Source: a virus
Taxonomy: Duplodnaviria > Heunggongvirae > Uroviricota > Caudoviricetes
IMG/VR virus record: IMGVR_UViG_2778261067_000005
Location: 1-7,931 of that record
Length of the DNA: 7,931 bases
Direction: 5' to 3' (one strand)
The translations under genes were made by a program, and so were the position numbers. The notes beneath the pieces were generated by a model, which did no database searches, was not told the DNA's origin, and was given only the letters and a program-made list of their open reading frames with translations. How positions within the stretch are numbered: the stretch's first letter is position 1; each line of letters begins with the position of its first letter. Positions 5,750 through 7,931 of the stretch are shown here, piece by piece.

Positions 5750-6259
5750 ATGAATAAACAATACGAACTGGTTGTTAAAGGGATAAATAATTACCCGGAT
5801 AAGATTACTGTTACTGTAGCGCTGGAAACGGGTGGGTATACGTCACTGTTGTTGCCAAATGTGGTGATTGATCTTGATCGTGTTGAAGGTGCCCCGCTGG
5901 AGTTTTACGAAGCTGAGGCGAAAAAGAAGGCGAAGCAGTTTTTCATGGATATTGCTGCCGGGTTATGTGAAGGGGATGAACAGTCACAGGAAAAGTGCCT
6001 TTGTTCCGAAGATCGGTATACCATACAAATTAACAATGCATATAACACGATACTGTCAGAAAAAGATGATATCGAATCACGCATTGAAAAACTGGAGAAT
6101 TGCGTCGTTGAACTGAATAAAAAACTGTCGACGCTGATGCCTTCTGAAGATGCAAAAAAACGCCGCGATGAGCAGTTCGCGGCGTTTTACGATTATTGCA
6201 TTGAAGTTACTCGCAGGAATTTTGTGAAGGCTTTTGAGGAGAGTAAATCTCTTCAGTAA
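5750..6259 (+). CDS. Hypothetical protein, 169 aa, AT-rich insertion between holin and endolysin
   Basis: ATG 3 nt after the holin stop (TAG-ACG-ATG), with GGGGTGAG upstream, suggesting translational coupling to S. N-terminal half looks beta-rich, C-terminal half is charged and helical (IESRIEKLENCVVELNKKLSTL...). No transmembrane segment and no motif I recognise. A long ORF in AT-rich DNA is unlikely by chance. Confidence 0.6.
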   Translation: MNKQYELVVKGINNYPDKITVTVALETGGYTSLLLPNVVIDLDRVEGAPLEFYEAEAKKKAKQFFMDIAAGLCEGDEQSQEKCLCSEDRYTIQINNAYNTILSEKDDIESRIEKLENCVVELNKKLSTLMPSEDAKKRRDEQFAAFYDYCIEVTRRNFVKAFEESKSLQ

Positions 6260-6467
6260 GCTTAATGGCGGACGCTGCAATTAATTCAGGAAGGTCCGCA
6301 AGGTCATCTGTCAGTGGGAATGATGAAAAATCGGCGGCAGTTCTGTTAAGAATTGCTTTAACTAATTCCTTTTCCTCATCCGGCAACACGTTGATTAGAG
6401 CTACGACTGCTTGCCTGAGTGCGATTAAATCAGCAAAAGTTTGTTTTGGTAGATTTGGATAATCCAT
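6207..6467 (-). CDS. Hypothetical acidic protein, 86 aa, convergent with and overlapping the 3' end of the 169-aa gene
   Basis: ATG (complement of 6465-6467) preceded on the - strand by AGAGGTG. Product MDYPNLPKQTFADLIALRQAVVALINVLPDEEKELVKAILNRTAADFSSFPLTDDLADLPELIAASAIKLTEEIYSPQKPSQNSCE. Stop is the complement of 6207-6209. The longer track ORF 6207-6692 would overlap the endolysin start, so the internal start is preferred. Confidence 0.5.
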   Translation of the reverse strand: MDYPNLPKQTFADLIALRQAVVALINVLPDEEKELVKAILNRTAADFSSFPLTDDLADLPELIAASAIKLTEEIYSPQKPSQNSCE

Positions 6468-6578
6468 AGTCACCTCTGTGTTTATCAGATTGACATACCC
6501 TGGCCAGTGCCCACCACTGGCGGGGTGAAGGCTTAACATATCCAGGGATTCGGAACCGATAAATCCTGATAAATATCC

Positions 6579-7112
6579 ATGAACGCAAAAATCAAATACG
6601 GCCTGTCGGCTGTCGTTCTGGCGCTGATTGCCGCAGGGGCTTCTGCGCCTGAAATCCTCGACCAGTTTCTGGATGAAAAGGAAGGTAACCACACCACGGC
6701 ATACCGTGATGGTGCGGGTATCTGGACCATCTGCCGTGGAGCCACCCGGGTGGATGGTAAGCCTGTCCTCCCCGGCATGAAGTTGTCGAAGGAAAAATGC
6801 GACCAGGTTAACGCCATTGAGCGTGATAAGGCGCTGGCATGGGTGGAGAAAAACATCAAAGTGCCACTGACTGAACCCCAGAAAGCGGGTATTGCGTCAT
6901 TCTGCCCGTATAACATTGGCCCCGGTAAGTGTCTCCCGTCGACGTTTTATAAGCGGCTTAATGCCGGTGATCGTAAAGGTGCCTGTGAGTCGATTCGCTG
7001 GTGGATTAAGGACGGTGGGCGTGATTGCCGCACACGTTCAAATAACTGCTACGGACAGGTTATTCGTCGTGACCAGGAAAGCGCATTAGCTTGTTGGGGG
7101 ATAGATCAGTGA
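6579..7112 (+). CDS. R: SAR endolysin (phage lysozyme, T4-lysozyme/GH24 family, phage 21 R21 / 933W R type)
   Basis: 177-aa product with an N-terminal signal-anchor-release segment ([17 protein letters not shown]) and the catalytic Glu/Asp/Thr region ([26 protein letters not shown]). Near-identical to Stx-phage R as recalled. Stop TGA at 7110-7112 overlaps the Rz start. Confidence 0.95.
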   Translation: MNAKIKYGLSAVVLALIAAGASAPEILDQFLDEKEGNHTTAYRDGAGIWTICRGATRVDGKPVLPGMKLSKEKCDQVNAIERDKALAWVEKNIKVPLTEPQKAGIASFCPYNIGPGKCLPSTFYKRLNAGDRKGACESIRWWIKDGGRDCRTRSNNCYGQVIRRDQESALACWGIDQ

Positions 7113-7576
7113 GAAGAGTAACCGCGATTATTTACGCTCTGGTTATCTGCATCATCGTCTGTCTGTTATGGGCTGTTAATCATTACCGCGATAACGCCAT
7201 CACCTACAAAGAGCAGCGCGATAAAAAAGCCAGAGAGCTGGAGCTGGCAAACGCAACCATTACTGATATGCAGGTGCGCCAGCGTGATGTTGCTGCGCTC
7301 GATGCAAAATACTCGAGGGAATTAGCCGATGCGAGAGCTGAAAATGAAACTCTTCGCGCTGACGTTGCCGCTGGTCGTAAGCGCCTGCGTATCAACGCCA
7401 CCTGTCCAGGTCCCGTGCGTGAAGCCACCGGCACCTCCGGAATGGATAATGCAACCGGCCCCCGACTGGCAGACACCGCTGAACGGGATTATTTCACCCT
7501 CAGAGAGCGGTTGATGACAATGCAGAAGCAACTGGAAGGGACGCAGGAATATATCCGCACTCAGTGTATTAACTAG
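7109..7576 (+). CDS. Rz: Rz i-spanin (inner-membrane spanin subunit)
   Basis: Strong similarity to lambda Rz ([34 protein letters not shown]... vs lambda [34 protein letters not shown]...). I place the start at GTG 7109, overlapping the R stop (GTGA); the ORF track's upstream TTG at 7091 is an alternative. Stop TAG at 7574-7576. Confidence 0.9.
   Translation: MRRVTAIIYALVICIIVCLLWAVNHYRDNAITYKEQRDKKARELELANATITDMQVRQRDVAALDAKYSRELADARAENETLRADVAAGRKRLRINATCPGPVREATGTSGMDNATGPRLADTAERDYFTLRERLMTMQKQLEGTQEYIRTQCIN
7329..7514 (+). CDS. Rz1: Rz1 o-spanin lipoprotein, embedded in the +1 frame of Rz
   Basis: 61-aa product [61 protein letters not shown] with lipobox LVVSAC and a proline-rich body; closely matches lambda Rz1 as recalled. 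GAGGGA SD 8 nt upstream. ATG 7344 is an alternative start. Confidence 0.8.
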   Translation: MRELKMKLFALTLPLVVSACVSTPPVQVPCVKPPAPPEWIMQPAPDWQTPLNGIISPSESG

Positions 7577-7599
7577 TATTTTTGTTATCCGGAGAATGC

Positions 7600-7824
7600 A
7601 TGAAGAAATTACTGGTAACCGTAAAGCCTTTTCAGGGAACAATTCCGTTCCGTATTTTGCAGCGTGGTCGTGTTCTTGTTGAAGGTTCGTTCAGTGGTAA
7701 ATGTACGCAATTACACTCCCGGACCTTTCAGGTGAATGCCACGAATGAAGAGCTAACCGTTGAGTGTACGATGAATGCCGCTAAATGCCGCATGGTATCC
7801 GCTGCATTACAGCCAGTGTGTTGA
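7600..7824 (+). CDS. Hypothetical small basic protein (74 aa) downstream of the spanins
   Basis: ATG at 7600 with GGAGA SD 4 nt upstream. Product MKKLLVTVKPFQGTIPFRILQRGRVLVEGSFSGKCTQLHSRTFQVNATNEELTVECTMNAAKCRMVSAALQPVC has no signal peptide and four Cys. I do not recognise the family. Confidence 0.5.
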   Translation: MKKLLVTVKPFQGTIPFRILQRGRVLVEGSFSGKCTQLHSRTFQVNATNEELTVECTMNAAKCRMVSAALQPVC

Positions 7825-7931
7825 GCGACCTTATTAACCATGCGCGGTATTGTCTGCGTATTACCGTGAAGGAGATCGGTGAGTAACATCGATGGAGATC
7901 GGTTCGTGTCACTTTCACAGAACCGTTTTTA

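Noticed and set aside
5868-6462. Alternative-frame ORFs within the inserted block: 5868-6116 (+), 6077-6280 (-), 6265-6462 (+)
   Set aside because: Each overlaps a longer ORF with better start context. 6265-6462 is antisense to the 86-aa gene and lacks an SD. They remain formally possible because nothing in this block has homology support.
6468-6692. Longer version of the minus-strand gene (161 aa, start at 6692)
   Set aside because: It would overlap the endolysin R start by over 100 bp and has no SD, whereas the internal ATG at 6467 has a strong AGAGGTG.
6533-7642. ORFs inside R and Rz: 6533-6916 (-), 6892-7089 (+), 7204-7476 (-), 7322-7642 (-)
   Set aside because: They are antisense or out of frame within the homology-supported endolysin and spanin genes; only the + strand Rz1 frame (7329-7514) is a known embedded gene.
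1-7931. CRISPR arrays or rRNA genes
   Set aside because: No regularly spaced direct repeats of 25-40 bp and no rRNA-like sequence were seen anywhere in the window.

Overview
This window is the late (cargo plus lysis) region of a lambdoid, Stx-phage-like prophage of an enterobacterium (E. coli/Shigella type), entered on the left through the 3' part of an IS2 copy. No Shiga toxin genes, CRISPR array or rRNA are present. All calls come from reading the sequence and the supplied ORF track; homologies are recalled from memory, not searched. Gene order, + strand unless stated:
- IS2 transposase fragment and IS2 right end (1-632)
- phage DNA methyltransferase with its 5' end replaced by IS2 (633-1447)
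- tRNA-Ile(CAU) and tRNA-Arg(UCG) (1488-1649)
- AT-rich gene for a TolA domain-III-like lipoprotein (1928-2356), in the slot where stxAB sits in Stx phages
- opposing hairpin terminators (2645-2702)
- NanS-p-type sialate O-acetylesterase (2887-4851)
- small acidic protein (5208-5453)
- S21-type pinholin (5531-5746)
- AT-rich two-gene insertion, 169 aa on + and 86 aa on -, convergent and overlapping (5750-6467)
- SAR endolysin R (6579-7112)
- Rz with embedded Rz1 spanins (7109-7576)
- small ORF (7600-7824)
The two most interesting items are the TolA-III-like lipoprotein in the toxin slot and the uncharacterised gene pair that splits the pinholin/endolysin pair.
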